Source: Candidatus Methanomethylophilaceae archaeon
Lineage (GTDB): Archaea > Thermoplasmatota > Thermoplasmata > Methanomassiliicoccales > Methanomethylophilaceae
Length of the DNA: 64,000 nt
Assembly (NCBI GenBank): GCA_050950505.1
Contig: JBMNHS010000001.1
Span: 448,001-512,000 of the forward strand
Reading direction: 5' to 3'
Below, piece after piece: positions 1 to 9,335 of the stretch. The position numbers and the translations under genes are program-made. Below the pieces are notes generated by a model that saw only the letters and a program-made list of their open reading frames with translations, was not told where the DNA came from and searched no databases. Position 1 is the stretch's first letter. Every line of letters starts with the position of its first letter.

Positions 1-204
1 AGCAAATCGGGAAGATCTTACGGAATGACCGTCGTTATCCGTGCGGTGGAATCCACCGACGGAATGACGGCTTTGCATTCAGACGTTCCGTTACAGGTTC
101 TGAACGGAATATCAAAAAGAATTACCGACACGTTGGGGGACGATGTCAGCCGTGTTGTTTACGATCTGACGGACAAACCGCCGGCGACGGTGGAATGGGA
201 ATAA
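1..204 (+). CDS. guaA: GMP synthase C-terminal region (5'-partial)
   Basis: Manual translation of frame 1: ...RSYGMTVVIRAVESTDGMTA...RVVYDLTDKPPATVEWE*, the GMP synthase C-terminal signature. Confidence 0.93.
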   Translation, partial: SKSGRSYGMTVVIRAVESTDGMTALHSDVPLQVLNGISKRITDTLGDDVSRVVYDLTDKPPATVEWE

Positions 205-239
205 TCGTATTTCCAATCCGGATGAAACAGAGATGCCGT

Positions 240-266
240 CGGCAACGTTCCGGCTGAACGTTGCCG
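240..266. terminator. Hairpin between convergent genes
   Basis: CGGCAACGTT / AACGTTGCCG perfect 10-bp inverted repeat with a 7-nt loop, downstream of guaA. Confidence 0.5.
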
Positions 267-324
267 TACATCCTGCGTTTTAAAGAAAAATCACAGTCCC
301 GTCAAAAATCGGGACGGTATAATT

Positions 325-588
325 TCATCTTACGCTTGCGGCAAGACTCTCGAGTTCGCTGGTAGCTTTCCAAATCAAGGTTCTTGCGTGTAGGGGCGTG
401 TTGTTGTCGTTTGCCAAATCGTCCAAAATGGTCATGGCGCCGGTGGCACGCACGTCCAAGGCTTCTGATGTATCCATAAGCCTGGTTTTGGCCTCAGTGG
501 CTCCGCGTCTTATGTTCTTGGGAATGGAATCGTCATTCGCCAAGAAATCAAGTACGTCTGTTATGTTTTTAATATCAGCATTTGACAT
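325..588 (-). CDS. UPF0147 family protein
   Basis: D..L.ND.SIPKNIRR.A and LDDLAND.NTPLHART.IW motifs; ATG at 588 preceded by AGGTGA Shine-Dalgarno (SD). Confidence 0.88.
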   Translation of the reverse strand: MSNADIKNITDVLDFLANDDSIPKNIRRGATEAKTRLMDTSEALDVRATGAMTILDDLANDNNTPLHARTLIWKATSELESLAASVR

Positions 589-605
589 AGATATCACCTG
601 AGAGA

Positions 606-770
606 TCAATAGGTCTCGAATTCTTCCTGAAGGTCGATAACAATCTGCTCAAGGACTTCTTCGAAATGAGGGCCTTTGTATTCCCTGGTTCCTCCGAAAT
701 CACTCTGGATTCTGGCTATGAATTCACTGTTCTCCTTTATGAATTCCACGTTGCACAAAACTTCTTCCAT
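606..770 (-). CDS. Small acidic hypothetical protein, 54 aa (not in ORF track)
   Basis: MEEVLCNVEFIKENSEFIARIQSDFGGTREYKGPHFEEVLEQIVIDLQEEFETY*; GAGGTGA SD 6 nt upstream; directly precedes the UPF0147 gene. Confidence 0.75.
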   Translation of the reverse strand: MEEVLCNVEFIKENSEFIARIQSDFGGTREYKGPHFEEVLEQIVIDLQEEFETY

Positions 771-901
771 GGATGGTCACCTCTGGATAAATCTCGAATT
801 GATATCCACTATATAGCGATGTCGGACAATTCACTTTGCCGTTACTCCGGATACGGTCGCGAAGTATACCGAAATGTTTAAAATACTAACCTATCTTTAA
901 G

Positions 902-965
902 GCATATCTAAGTCGTTATCGTTCAGCGATAGCGAGCAAGATATGCTGCGCCTGCTATTTTGGCG
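902..965 (+). promoter_or_regulatory. Structured 5' leader upstream of secE-spt5-rpl11
   Basis: GCATATCT(902-909)/AGATATGC(939-946) and TCGTTATCG(913-921)/CGATAGCGA(927-935) stems; small CGCC/GGCG hairpin next to the SD; TATA-like TTTAAAATA at about 877-885. Confidence 0.5.
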
Positions 966-982
966 AAGGAAGGTTTAATCAC

Positions 983-1195
983 ATGACCGAGAGAGAATAT
1001 CCGGAAGAAGAAACCCAAGAGAAAAAATCCGGGCTCGGATTCAACAGATATTCGAGAATAATGAAAATGGCACGGACTCCCACCAGAGACGAGTACAAGA
1101 AGACTTTGGGCATCACAGCCTTGGGTATAATTCTTTTAGGCGCCATAGGATTTGCCATAATGTGGTTGATGACATACCTTCCGGCATATTTCTGA
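983..1195 (+). CDS. secE: Protein translocase SecE / Sec61-gamma
   Basis: YSRIMKMARTPTRDEY motif plus one TM helix (GIILLGAIGFAI); conserved position before spt5. Confidence 0.95.
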   Translation: MTEREYPEEETQEKKSGLGFNRYSRIMKMARTPTRDEYKKTLGITALGIILLGAIGFAIMWLMTYLPAYF

Positions 1196-1215
1196 GCTAA
1201 AGGAGCGAACAATAC

Positions 1216-2043
1216 ATGTCAGATCAGTACTCAGGTCCGTGCATTTCAGGCACGAACGACGTCAAGGAAGCCAAGGCAGGAGAGATAGTAAGTTGGAAGT
1301 TTACCGTTACCGGTGACGCAACAGCGGCAAAACTGTCTTTTTCCGAAGAAACCGGCCCGGAAGTCGAAACGGCACCGTACTGGGCGTTAACCGTGACAGA
1401 ATCCACGGGAAACGAGATATGGAACAGTTACGGATCCAAAGCCGGTGTCACCATAGACATTCCCGGAAAGAAGGACAAAGAACTGACGCTCAGCGCAGAA
1501 TGTCCCAAAGGTGCCAGATACGGGGATTTTGTCAAAGTCACCGTTGATGTGAACTGCGAAGGAATGGAAGATTCCATCCTGTTCGAGGCTTCCGCCAAAC
1601 AGTCCATCATGATTCTCAAAACTCAGATGGATCAGGAACGTTCCGTCGCCGACGCACTGGCGGCGAAAGCGAACATCGACGAGAAAGACATTTATGCGGT
1701 TTTGGCCCCGGGAGGACTCAGGGGATATGTGTTCGTCGAAGGCATGAACACCGACCGTCTCCGCGAGAAAACCCGTGACATACGCAAAGCGTACTCATTC
1801 ATTCCCGGCGAGACTTCGATGGATGAAATCGATCACTATCTCACACCGGTTTCCGCAGTCGTCGGAATATCCGAAGGGGACATAATCGAACTGGTCGAAG
1901 GACCCTTCAAGGGCGAAAAGGCCAGAGTGCAGCATATTGACGAAAGCAAAGAAGAAATCACAGTCGAACTCATAGAAGCCATGGTCCCGATACCGGTCAC
2001 GGTCAAGGGCGACAGCGTCAGAGTGTTGGATAAGGAGAGATGA
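1216..2043 (+). CDS. spt5: Transcription elongation factor Spt5 (NusG) with about 130-aa N-terminal extension
   Basis: NGN domain (LRGYVFVE) and KOW (EGDIIELVEGPFKGEKARV...VTVKGDSVR). Confidence 0.95.
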   Translation: MSDQYSGPCISGTNDVKEAKAGEIVSWKFTVTGDATAAKLSFSEETGPEVETAPYWALTVTESTGNEIWNSYGSKAGVTIDIPGKKDKELTLSAECPKGARYGDFVKVTVDVNCEGMEDSILFEASAKQSIMILKTQMDQERSVADALAAKANIDEKDIYAVLAPGGLRGYVFVEGMNTDRLREKTRDIRKAYSFIPGETSMDEIDHYLTPVSAVVGISEGDIIELVEGPFKGEKARVQHIDESKEEITVELIEAMVPIPVTVKGDSVRVLDKER

Positions 2044-2516
2044 AAGTGGTAGATATTGTTGAGGCATTGGTGGACGGGGGCAGAGCTTCCGCAGGACCGC
2101 CTCTCGGCCCCGCCCTGGGACCGAAAGGGGTCAACATCGGCCAGGTTATCGAAAAAATCAATGAAAGAACAAAAGCTTTTGACGGAATGAAAGTCCCTGT
2201 CAAAGTCATGATAAACGATGATAAGTCGTTTGAAATCAAAGTCGGTACACCCCCCGTTTCGGCTCTTATAAAATCCGAACTGGGAATCGACCTCGGCGCG
2301 GGAAACCCCAAAGCCGAAAAAGTCGGAGACCTCACTCTGGATCAGGCAAAGAAGATTGCGGACATGAAGCAGGACGATCTTCTGGGTGCGGATCTGAAAT
2401 CCCGTGTTTTGGAAATTGCGGGAAGCTGTGTCTCCATCGGCGTCAAGATTGACGGAAAGGCCCCCAAGATATTCCAAAAGGATGTCAGGGACGGTCTTTA
2501 CGACGATCGGTTCTAA
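2040..2516 (+). CDS. rpl11: 50S ribosomal protein L11 (uL11)
   Basis: ASAGPPLGPALGPKGVNI motif. Confidence 0.98.
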   Translation: MKVVDIVEALVDGGRASAGPPLGPALGPKGVNIGQVIEKINERTKAFDGMKVPVKVMINDDKSFEIKVGTPPVSALIKSELGIDLGAGNPKAEKVGDLTLDQAKKIADMKQDDLLGADLKSRVLEIAGSCVSIGVKIDGKAPKIFQKDVRDGLYDDRF

Positions 2517-2523
2517 ACCCAAA

Positions 2524-2547
2524 ACGGGGACTTGATCCCCGTCTTTA
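2524..2547 (+). terminator. Hairpin terminator after rpl11
   Basis: ACGGGGA-CTTGA-TCCCCGT followed by T-rich tract. Confidence 0.6.
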
Positions 2548-2572
2548 AATTTTCATACGGGAGAGGGCAGCG

Positions 2573-4054
2573 GTGCTTGTACACAAGTATATGATGAAGG
2601 CGATTTCAAATATCGTCGCCGCCGTATCTTCTTTTGTGGCCCTCATGGTCATGACCCGGTACGTCAGTTATGAGTACGGGGTGATGATGTGGGGGTTCGC
2701 CTTCGTCGCGCTGTTCAATATTGTTACGGGATTGGGATTCGATACGGCCCACATAAAATTTATTGCCGAAGGTCGGAACCAAAACGATTGCTTTTCCACT
2801 TACACCATAATCAGATTATTACTGACTCTGCTTATGGTTATTTTTTCAATAGCCGCGGTGATTATAGGATTGCATAATGAAAGTATGGATGCCGAAGCCG
2901 CAAAAGTGGTCGCGGTGTTCATAACATCATATACGGTTTTGAATATCAGAACTATAATCACCACAACTTTCGATGCCCGATTGGAAAGCGGAAAAAGCTC
3001 AATAATAATCGTAGCAGAATCGATTGTGAGGTCTGTCTTGCTCATAATTTTGGCGTTGAAACAGGTTTCTGCGGACGTATTGAGTACATCATATCTCATC
3101 AGCACTGTTGTAACTATAATTCCTACATTGCTTTTTACCAAGAATGTCGGGTTGAAATTCACACGTCCAACGCTGTTCAAGGAATACGCAATCTTCGCCG
3201 CGCCTCTGATTCTATCATCTTTGGTGCTGGGTTCGGTTGACTCCTTGGACAAAGTGATAATAGGATTCAGCGGAACTCCGTTGGAAGTAAGTTATTATGC
3301 GGCGGCTATGGGCGCCGTGGTTGCCATGGTTTCGTTGGGCGTTTCGATGAACAACGTCATATTGCCGCAATTGTCCAGTCCTGAAATGATAAGTTCAAGA
3401 TCCAAAACAGAAAAGTTGGTATGGGCGTCTCAAAAATATTTGATGATGTTTTTGCTTCCCGTGACTGCGGTGTTGATTGTATACGGTGAAGAAATCGCTT
3501 CGGTACTGTTCGGTTCCGACTTTTCAAAAGCAGGAATAATATTGTCGATTTTATCCGTCATGATGACGTTGAAGATATTGTCCGGAGTTTTGTCTCAGGT
3601 ACTTTATGCCTCCAATAACGGAAGACTTTACACTCGGGCGTCAGTGGCATACGGGATTTCCGTTATTGTAATGTTTTTGTTGTTTATTCCCGCGTCGTCC
3701 CCCTTTCCGTGGACGGAGGGAATCGGTGCGGCGATAGCCGCAACATTGGGAAGTATATTTTACACAATTGTGTTGACATATTATGTAAAACGTTCCACGG
3801 GAGTTCGGGTGTACTCTGAGTTATGGAAACATTTACTGGCCACCGCAATCACAATTGCCGTTCTGGTGTTTGCATCCTGTTATTTCGGAGGTGTCGGGAT
3901 ACTGTGGGTCATCATCGTGTCTCTTCTGGGACTTGGCGTACATCTGGCGGTTCTGTATGCAACCGGAGAATTCAGAAAATCGGATGTGGTATTTTTCCTC
4001 AATGCGATAAATCCCAAACAGATTTACGAAAGCCTTGAAGACGAACTCCAATAA
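2573..4054 (+). CDS. Oligosaccharide flippase (Wzx/MOP superfamily)
   Basis: About 12-14 hydrophobic segments; LGFDTAHIKF, DKVIIG, YYAAA and ILPQLS motifs typical of polysaccharide flippases. Confidence 0.85.
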   Translation: MLVHKYMMKAISNIVAAVSSFVALMVMTRYVSYEYGVMMWGFAFVALFNIVTGLGFDTAHIKFIAEGRNQNDCFSTYTIIRLLLTLLMVIFSIAAVIIGLHNESMDAEAAKVVAVFITSYTVLNIRTIITTTFDARLESGKSSIIIVAESIVRSVLLIILALKQVSADVLSTSYLISTVVTIIPTLLFTKNVGLKFTRPTLFKEYAIFAAPLILSSLVLGSVDSLDKVIIGFSGTPLEVSYYAAAMGAVVAMVSLGVSMNNVILPQLSSPEMISSRSKTEKLVWASQKYLMMFLLPVTAVLIVYGEEIASVLFGSDFSKAGIILSILSVMMTLKILSGVLSQVLYASNNGRLYTRASVAYGISVIVMFLLFIPASSPFPWTEGIGAAIAATLGSIFYTIVLTYYVKRSTGVRVYSELWKHLLATAITIAVLVFASCYFGGVGILWVIIVSLLGLGVHLAVLYATGEFRKSDVVFFLNAINPKQIYESLEDELQ

Positions 4055-4096
4055 ATCAAGAAACCTTAAATAGGGGTCTTTGTTTAGTCGATGTTG

Positions 4097-4132
4097 CTTG
4101 TAGGAGGGTTTAATACCCGTTCGGACTACAAG
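4097..4132 (+). promoter_or_regulatory. Putative ribosomal protein L1 autoregulatory mRNA element
   Basis: CUUGUAG-GA-GGGU-UUAAU-ACCC-GUUCGGA-CUACAAG: two helices around an asymmetric loop resembling the 23S L1 site, abutting the rpl1 SD (GGAGG); TATA-like CTTAAATA at about 4065. Confidence 0.7.
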
Positions 4133-4143
4133 GAGGAATTATA

Positions 4144-4782
4144 TTGGCAAAAGAACCAACCGTACAAGCTGTGCAGAAGGCACTCGAGGGTGCAAAGAAG
4201 CGCAATTTTGTCGAGACGGTTGAGTTGGCCATCAATCTTAAGGACATTGATCTTTCAATTCCCAAGAACCGTATTCAGGAAGATATCGTTCTTCCCTCCG
4301 GTCGCGGAAAAGATGTCAGAGTCTGTGTGATTGGTGGCGGCGAACTAGCCTTGAAAGCCAAAGACGTTGCCGATCTCGTGATTGCTTCCGAAGAAATAGG
4401 AACAATCGCGGACGACAAGAAGCAGGCTAAGAGGATTGTGAACGACATCGATTATTTTATTGCCGAAGCCCCCCTCATGGCGGAAATCGGTAAGAGACTC
4501 GGTACCGTTCTCGGTCCTCGCGGAAAGATGCCCAAACCCATTGCTCCGGGTACAGATCCGGAACCCATGATTGAGCAGCTTCGCAAGTCTGTGACTGTCA
4601 GGACGAGAGACAAAAAGACCTTCCATGCACCTGTTGGAACCGTTGAAATGTCGGCTGAAGACATCGCTGAAAACATCGATGTCATTCTCGGACGTGTTGA
4701 GAGCCACCTTGAAAAAGGAAAGCACAACATCGCGTCCGCCTACGTTAAGACATCCATGGGGCCCGCGGAGAAGGTGATGTGA
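4144..4782 (+). CDS. rpl1: 50S ribosomal protein L1 (uL1)
   Basis: RNFVETVELAINL, LGPRGKMPKP and KTSMGP motifs; TTG start with SD. Confidence 0.98.
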   Translation: MAKEPTVQAVQKALEGAKKRNFVETVELAINLKDIDLSIPKNRIQEDIVLPSGRGKDVRVCVIGGGELALKAKDVADLVIASEEIGTIADDKKQAKRIVNDIDYFIAEAPLMAEIGKRLGTVLGPRGKMPKPIAPGTDPEPMIEQLRKSVTVRTRDKKTFHAPVGTVEMSAEDIAENIDVILGRVESHLEKGKHNIASAYVKTSMGPAEKVM

Positions 4783-4792
4783 GGGATCGAGA

Positions 4793-5797
4793 ATGGCACA
4801 CGTCGCAACATGGAAGAAGGAACTGGTGAAGGATCTTGTAGATCAGATGCTTGAGAATCCCGTCATCGCAGTGGTCGATGTCGAAGGAATCGGAGGGCAA
4901 CAGATCCAGGGTATGAGGGCCAAGCTCAGAGGCGAGGCGTACCTTAAGATGGCGAAAAACAAGCTTATGCTGTTGGCCATCGAAGAGGCGGCCAAACAGA
5001 AGCCCGGGCTTGAAGGTCTCAAAGACGCGGTTTACGGACAGTGTGCTGTTGTGGCAACTGACAAAGACCCGTTCAAGCTGTTCAAACAGCTCAATGCGAC
5101 CATGACCGCCGCACCCGCGAAAGCGGGCCAGGAGGCACCTCACGACATAGTGGTTCCCAAGGGACCCACGCCGTTCGGACCCGGTCCGATCATCGGAGAA
5201 CTTCAAAAGATAGGTCTTCCCGCAGCCATCGAGTCCGGGAAGATAGTGGTCAAAAAGGATACGACGTTGGTCAAGGAAGGCGAAGCCATTTCCAGACCCG
5301 TCGCAGCAATGCTTCCCAAGCTCGGAATATTGCCCATGGTCGTAGGTATGGACTTAAGAGCCGCCTACGAAGACGGTGTGGTTTACGACAAGGGCACATT
5401 GGATATTCCGGCGGATCACTACAGCAATATGTTCGCTTCGGCAATCTATAACGCACGTGCACTGGCTATCGATATCGCCTGGCCTACGGACCAGACAATC
5501 GTCGCATTGATCACAAAGGCGTACAGAGAGGCAATGGCGCTCTCTATAGAAGCCGCAATCCCAACCAAAGACAGCATCGGAGCGCTCTTGGCAAGGGCGG
5601 AAGCACAAATGCTTTCCATAGCCTCTGCCGCAGGGTACCAGGATGAACGCATATCTTCAAAGATGGCGTCTGTGTCCGTACCCGTCGCAACGGAGCCGGA
5701 AAACACCGATGAGAAAAGGGACGAGAACGACGAAGAGATCAGCGAACAGGATGCCGAGGAAGATACGGCAGCCGCAATGTTCAGCTTATTCGGCTAA
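4793..5797 (+). CDS. rpl10: 50S ribosomal protein L10 / P0
   Basis: MAHVATWKK start, [15 protein letters not shown], acidic tail ending SLFG. Confidence 0.97.
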   Translation: MAHVATWKKELVKDLVDQMLENPVIAVVDVEGIGGQQIQGMRAKLRGEAYLKMAKNKLMLLAIEEAAKQKPGLEGLKDAVYGQCAVVATDKDPFKLFKQLNATMTAAPAKAGQEAPHDIVVPKGPTPFGPGPIIGELQKIGLPAAIESGKIVVKKDTTLVKEGEAISRPVAAMLPKLGILPMVVGMDLRAAYEDGVVYDKGTLDIPADHYSNMFASAIYNARALAIDIAWPTDQTIVALITKAYREAMALSIEAAIPTKDSIGALLARAEAQMLSIASAAGYQDERISSKMASVSVPVATEPENTDEKRDENDEEISEQDAEEDTAAAMFSLFG

Positions 5798-5814
5798 ATA
5801 AGGAGATGAAGAAT

Positions 5815-6120
5815 ATGGAGTATATCTACAGCGCAATGATGCTCTACTCTGCAGAGAAGGAAATCACCGAGGAATCGTTGAATGCAATTCTCACCGCCGC
5901 AGGTGTGGAGCCCGATGCAGCCAAGATCAAAGCTCTGACCGCTTCTCTTGACGGGGTCGACATAGCAGAGGCAATCGCAAACGCCTCTGTCGCAGCAGCC
6001 GCACCCGCGGCCGCAGCAGCCCCCGCAGCCTCCGCAGCTACCGAACAGGTAGTTGAAGAGGAAGAAGAAGAGGTCAGCGAAGAAGAGGCCGCAGCAGGTC
6101 TCAGTGCCCTTTTCGGATGA
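5815..6120 (+). CDS. rpl12: 50S ribosomal protein L12 / P1 stalk protein
   Basis: MEYIYSAM, Ala-rich hinge, [13 protein letters not shown]; alternative start at 5806. Confidence 0.97.
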   Translation: MEYIYSAMMLYSAEKEITEESLNAILTAAGVEPDAAKIKALTASLDGVDIAEAIANASVAAAAPAAAAAPAASAATEQVVEEEEEEVSEEEAAAGLSALFG

Positions 6121-6196
6121 ACGGGTGCTGAATGCCGCATAATTAAACCTTTTACAACCAATTTCTTTATTTTATAGAAATGCATTACCGTGTGTC

Positions 6197-6556
6197 ATGG
6201 AACCTACGGAAAAAATCGCCGTGAGACTCACTCCCGAAATTGTGGTAGCTCTGAAAGTTCTGGTGGACCGGGGAGAGGTCGAATCCATGTCCGATGCCGT
6301 GCGCCAAGCCATGGAGGAATTCATTTTTTCAAGATTCACTCCCGAAGAACTTTCAATGATGGTTCCAGAAATATACGTCGAGTACAGCGATTCCGAGAAT
6401 CATGATGAAAGCAGCGTTGAAGCGATGAACCGAGCGATTCATGACGCGGTCACGGGATTCGTGCGTGCGAAAATGGAATCCAAGGATGAAGAACCTCAGG
6501 AAGAAGGCAAAACAAAATCCAAATCCGAACCGATGTCTGAATCCGAGGAAGACTGA
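6197..6556 (+). CDS. Ribbon-helix-helix (CopG/Arc-like) protein
   Basis: KIAVRLT..IV..L..LV..G...SMSDAVRQAMEEF pattern; acidic tail. Confidence 0.7.
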   Translation: MEPTEKIAVRLTPEIVVALKVLVDRGEVESMSDAVRQAMEEFIFSRFTPEELSMMVPEIYVEYSDSENHDESSVEAMNRAIHDAVTGFVRAKMESKDEEPQEEGKTKSKSEPMSESEED

Positions 6557-7264
6557 TCAATCCTCTTTCGAATCATTCAACAGTTTTGCGGCTCTGCCGA
6601 TTACTCCCATGATTGTATGATATTCACATTTCGTGGGTATCGAACGTCCCATCATTTTTCTGAACATCACGGAAGTTCTGTGTTTTCTGTCGTTGTTGTA
6701 TTCCACGGCATCCAACAAATCGTCGAAAGCCTCGAAAAGACGTTCTTTCTCATGATTGTCAGCAGGTTCGGGATGCGTCAGGTGAACCGTGCCGGAAAGT
6801 TCGTACATTATGATGGTGGCGGCATGTGAAAGATTGATGATCGGATGTTCATCGGAAGTCGGAACGTTGACGAAGGCATCGCATCGGTCCAATTCGTCCT
6901 GATACAATCCTATGTCTTCCCGTCCGAAAATAATCGCCACGTTTTCGTCATAGTCCTTTATGTCTTCTGCCAGTTTGCTCGGACACAACGGAATGCGCGC
7001 AAAGTTGGTATCTCCTTTGGTGATTGCCCCGCTCGTGCCGACGGTAAGAAAACAGCCCTCAAGGGCATCATCGAGATTATCGAAGATTTTGGCATTTTCA
7101 AGTATGTGGAATCCGTGTTTGGCTCTTCTGTACGCATCATCCCCCAATTCGCAGGGATTTACCAAATACAGGTTTTCAAAATTGAAATTCGACATGGATC
7201 TGGCGACGGCTCCGACATTGCCTTCGAATTTGGGTCCGACCAACACTATCCTTATTTCGGGCAT
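6557..7264 (-). CDS. trmJ: tRNA 2'-O-methyltransferase, TrmJ/SPOUT family
   Basis: IVLVGPK..GNVGAVARSM.NF, IIFGRED.GL and NLSHA motifs. Confidence 0.92.
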   Translation of the reverse strand: MPEIRIVLVGPKFEGNVGAVARSMSNFNFENLYLVNPCELGDDAYRRAKHGFHILENAKIFDNLDDALEGCFLTVGTSGAITKGDTNFARIPLCPSKLAEDIKDYDENVAIIFGREDIGLYQDELDRCDAFVNVPTSDEHPIINLSHAATIIMYELSGTVHLTHPEPADNHEKERLFEAFDDLLDAVEYNNDRKHRTSVMFRKMMGRSIPTKCEYHTIMGVIGRAAKLLNDSKED

Positions 7265-7337
7265 TCGTCTCTCCGTAGTTAGGGATTGTACTTAAACAAT
7301 AGTCCTTAAATCGGTGGTTGCACTTGCTGATTTCACA

Positions 7338-8084
7338 ATGACTGTACCCAGAGACCATCCCAGATACGAATCCCTCATGAGAAGGGAAAGGCTGAAAGAG
7401 ATGGTTGAAAGAGGAATCGTCGATCCCACGGGACTGATTTCCCATGGCAGAGGCGAAGCTTTTGATTATTTGATGAACGAGATGTCCGTCGGACCTGCCC
7501 TCAGGGCGGAGGAGGCCGCGGCCGCTTTTCTGCTGAATGCAAAAAATCCCGTGATTTGCGTAAACGGTAATGCAGCGGCATTGTGCCCGAAGGAAATAAC
7601 CGCGTTGGCAAAGGAAACGAACGCAAAGATAGAAGTCAACATATTCCACAGAACCGAAGAAAGAATGAATACCATCATCCGTTTCATGGAAGACGAAGGG
7701 GCGGAGAATGTTCTGGGACGGAATCCGGACGCGAAAATTCCCGGTCTGTCTTCGGACCGTGCCTTATGCACCGAAGAAGGTATTTTTGAAAGCGATGTAA
7801 TACTGGTTCCGATTGAAGACGGGGACCGTGCCGAAGCTTTGGTCAATATGGGGAAAGTCGTGATATCCATCGATCTGAATCCGATTTCCAGAACATCTAA
7901 AACCGCAATGGTATCCATATCCGATGACATAAGCCGTGCATTGGAGAACATCCGACGGTTCGCCGGTGACATGAAGGACGATTCGGAACGCATCGCTATA
8001 ATATTGGATGAATATGACAACTCACGGACAAGGCGGGAAACGATAGAAGTCATCTGCACCGCATTGAAGAATGAATTTCACTGA
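7338..8084 (+). CDS. 4-phosphopantoate--beta-alanine ligase (archaeal phosphopantothenate synthetase)
   Basis: HPRYESL, HGRGEAFDYL, VNGN.AAL, VPIEDGDR and IDLNP.SRT motifs. Confidence 0.95.
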   Translation: MTVPRDHPRYESLMRRERLKEMVERGIVDPTGLISHGRGEAFDYLMNEMSVGPALRAEEAAAAFLLNAKNPVICVNGNAAALCPKEITALAKETNAKIEVNIFHRTEERMNTIIRFMEDEGAENVLGRNPDAKIPGLSSDRALCTEEGIFESDVILVPIEDGDRAEALVNMGKVVISIDLNPISRTSKTAMVSISDDISRALENIRRFAGDMKDDSERIAIILDEYDNSRTRRETIEVICTALKNEFH

Positions 8085-8090
8085 AGAGGT

Positions 8091-9335
8091 ATGAGAATGG
8101 ACGAATTGGAAAAAGGAATACTGAGATTGCACTGGGCGGCAGAACATATGCCGGTCATGCAGGCATTGAGAAAACGTTTCATTGACGAGAAACCCCTGAA
8201 GGGTCTTAAAGTGGGAATGGCTTTGCACACTGAAGCCAAAACAGGCATACTGGCTATTGCTTTGGCGGAAGCCGGGGCCGAGATAAGATTGGCAAGCTGC
8301 AACCCCCTGTCCACTGACAACTCGGTGGCGAGGGCACTGAAGGAAGAGTATGGACTGAACGTGTACGCAAAAAAGGGAGAGACGCCCGAGGAATACTGCA
8401 CGAACCTGAACAGTGTTCTCAACATGGGACCCGACTACGTCATCGATGACGGTGCGGATCTGATTGCGATGCTGCACACCACAAGGAAGGACGTTCTCAA
8501 AAACATCAAAGGCGCCAACGAAGAAACCACCACGGGAGTGTTGAGGGTCACCGCGATGGAAGAAGAGGGAAAACTCATGTTCCCGGTCATGGCGGTCAAC
8601 GACGCGAAGATGAAGTATCTCTTTGACAACAGATACGGAACCGGACAGTCCACTTTTGAGGGATGGATGGTTGCCACGAATCTGATTATTGCGGGCAAGA
8701 ACCTGGTGGTCGGAGGTTACGGATGGTGCGGAAAGGGAGTGGCGATGAGGGCCAAAGGAATGGGCGCAATCGTCACCGTGACCGAAGTGGACCCAATCAA
8801 AGCCATCGAAGCCGTCATGGACGGGTTCCGGGTAACGAAGATGTCCGAAGCCGTAAAAACCGCGGATATCGTTCTTACCGTGACCGGATGCAACGACGTT
8901 CTTTCAGAGGAAGATTTCAAGAATATGAAAGACGGCTGCATCATGGGCAACGTGGGACATTTCGACAATGAAATCAATATCGAAGATCTGAGGGAAATGG
9001 CGGCATCCAGTCGCAGAGTGAGGGAACACATCACCGAGTACACCATGAAAGACGGACGTCGTCTCAATGTGATATCCGACGGCCGTCTGATGAATCTTGC
9101 GGCGGGACAGGGTCACCCTGCCGAAATCATGGATATGAGTTTTGCCGTTCAGGCACTGAGCATTGAATATCTTGTGAAACACCGCGACGGGATGGAAAAC
9201 AAAGTTTACTCCGTTCCCGGCGAAATAGACAGGATGATTGCGGAAACCAAGCTGAAAGTCATGGGAATAGAGACCGACGCGCTGACCGACAAACAGAAGA
9301 AGTATCTGGGCGGATGGGAGGCCGGAACTCAATGA
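8091..9335 (+). CDS. ahcY: Adenosylhomocysteinase (SAH/SIH hydrolase)
   Basis: SCNPLST, EETTTGV, FDNRYGTGQS, GYGWCGKG and GHPAEIMDMSF motifs. Confidence 0.98.
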   Translation: MRMDELEKGILRLHWAAEHMPVMQALRKRFIDEKPLKGLKVGMALHTEAKTGILAIALAEAGAEIRLASCNPLSTDNSVARALKEEYGLNVYAKKGETPEEYCTNLNSVLNMGPDYVIDDGADLIAMLHTTRKDVLKNIKGANEETTTGVLRVTAMEEEGKLMFPVMAVNDAKMKYLFDNRYGTGQSTFEGWMVATNLIIAGKNLVVGGYGWCGKGVAMRAKGMGAIVTVTEVDPIKAIEAVMDGFRVTKMSEAVKTADIVLTVTGCNDVLSEEDFKNMKDGCIMGNVGHFDNEINIEDLREMAASSRRVREHITEYTMKDGRRLNVISDGRLMNLAAGQGHPAEIMDMSFAVQALSIEYLVKHRDGMENKVYSVPGEIDRMIAETKLKVMGIETDALTDKQKKYLGGWEAGTQ

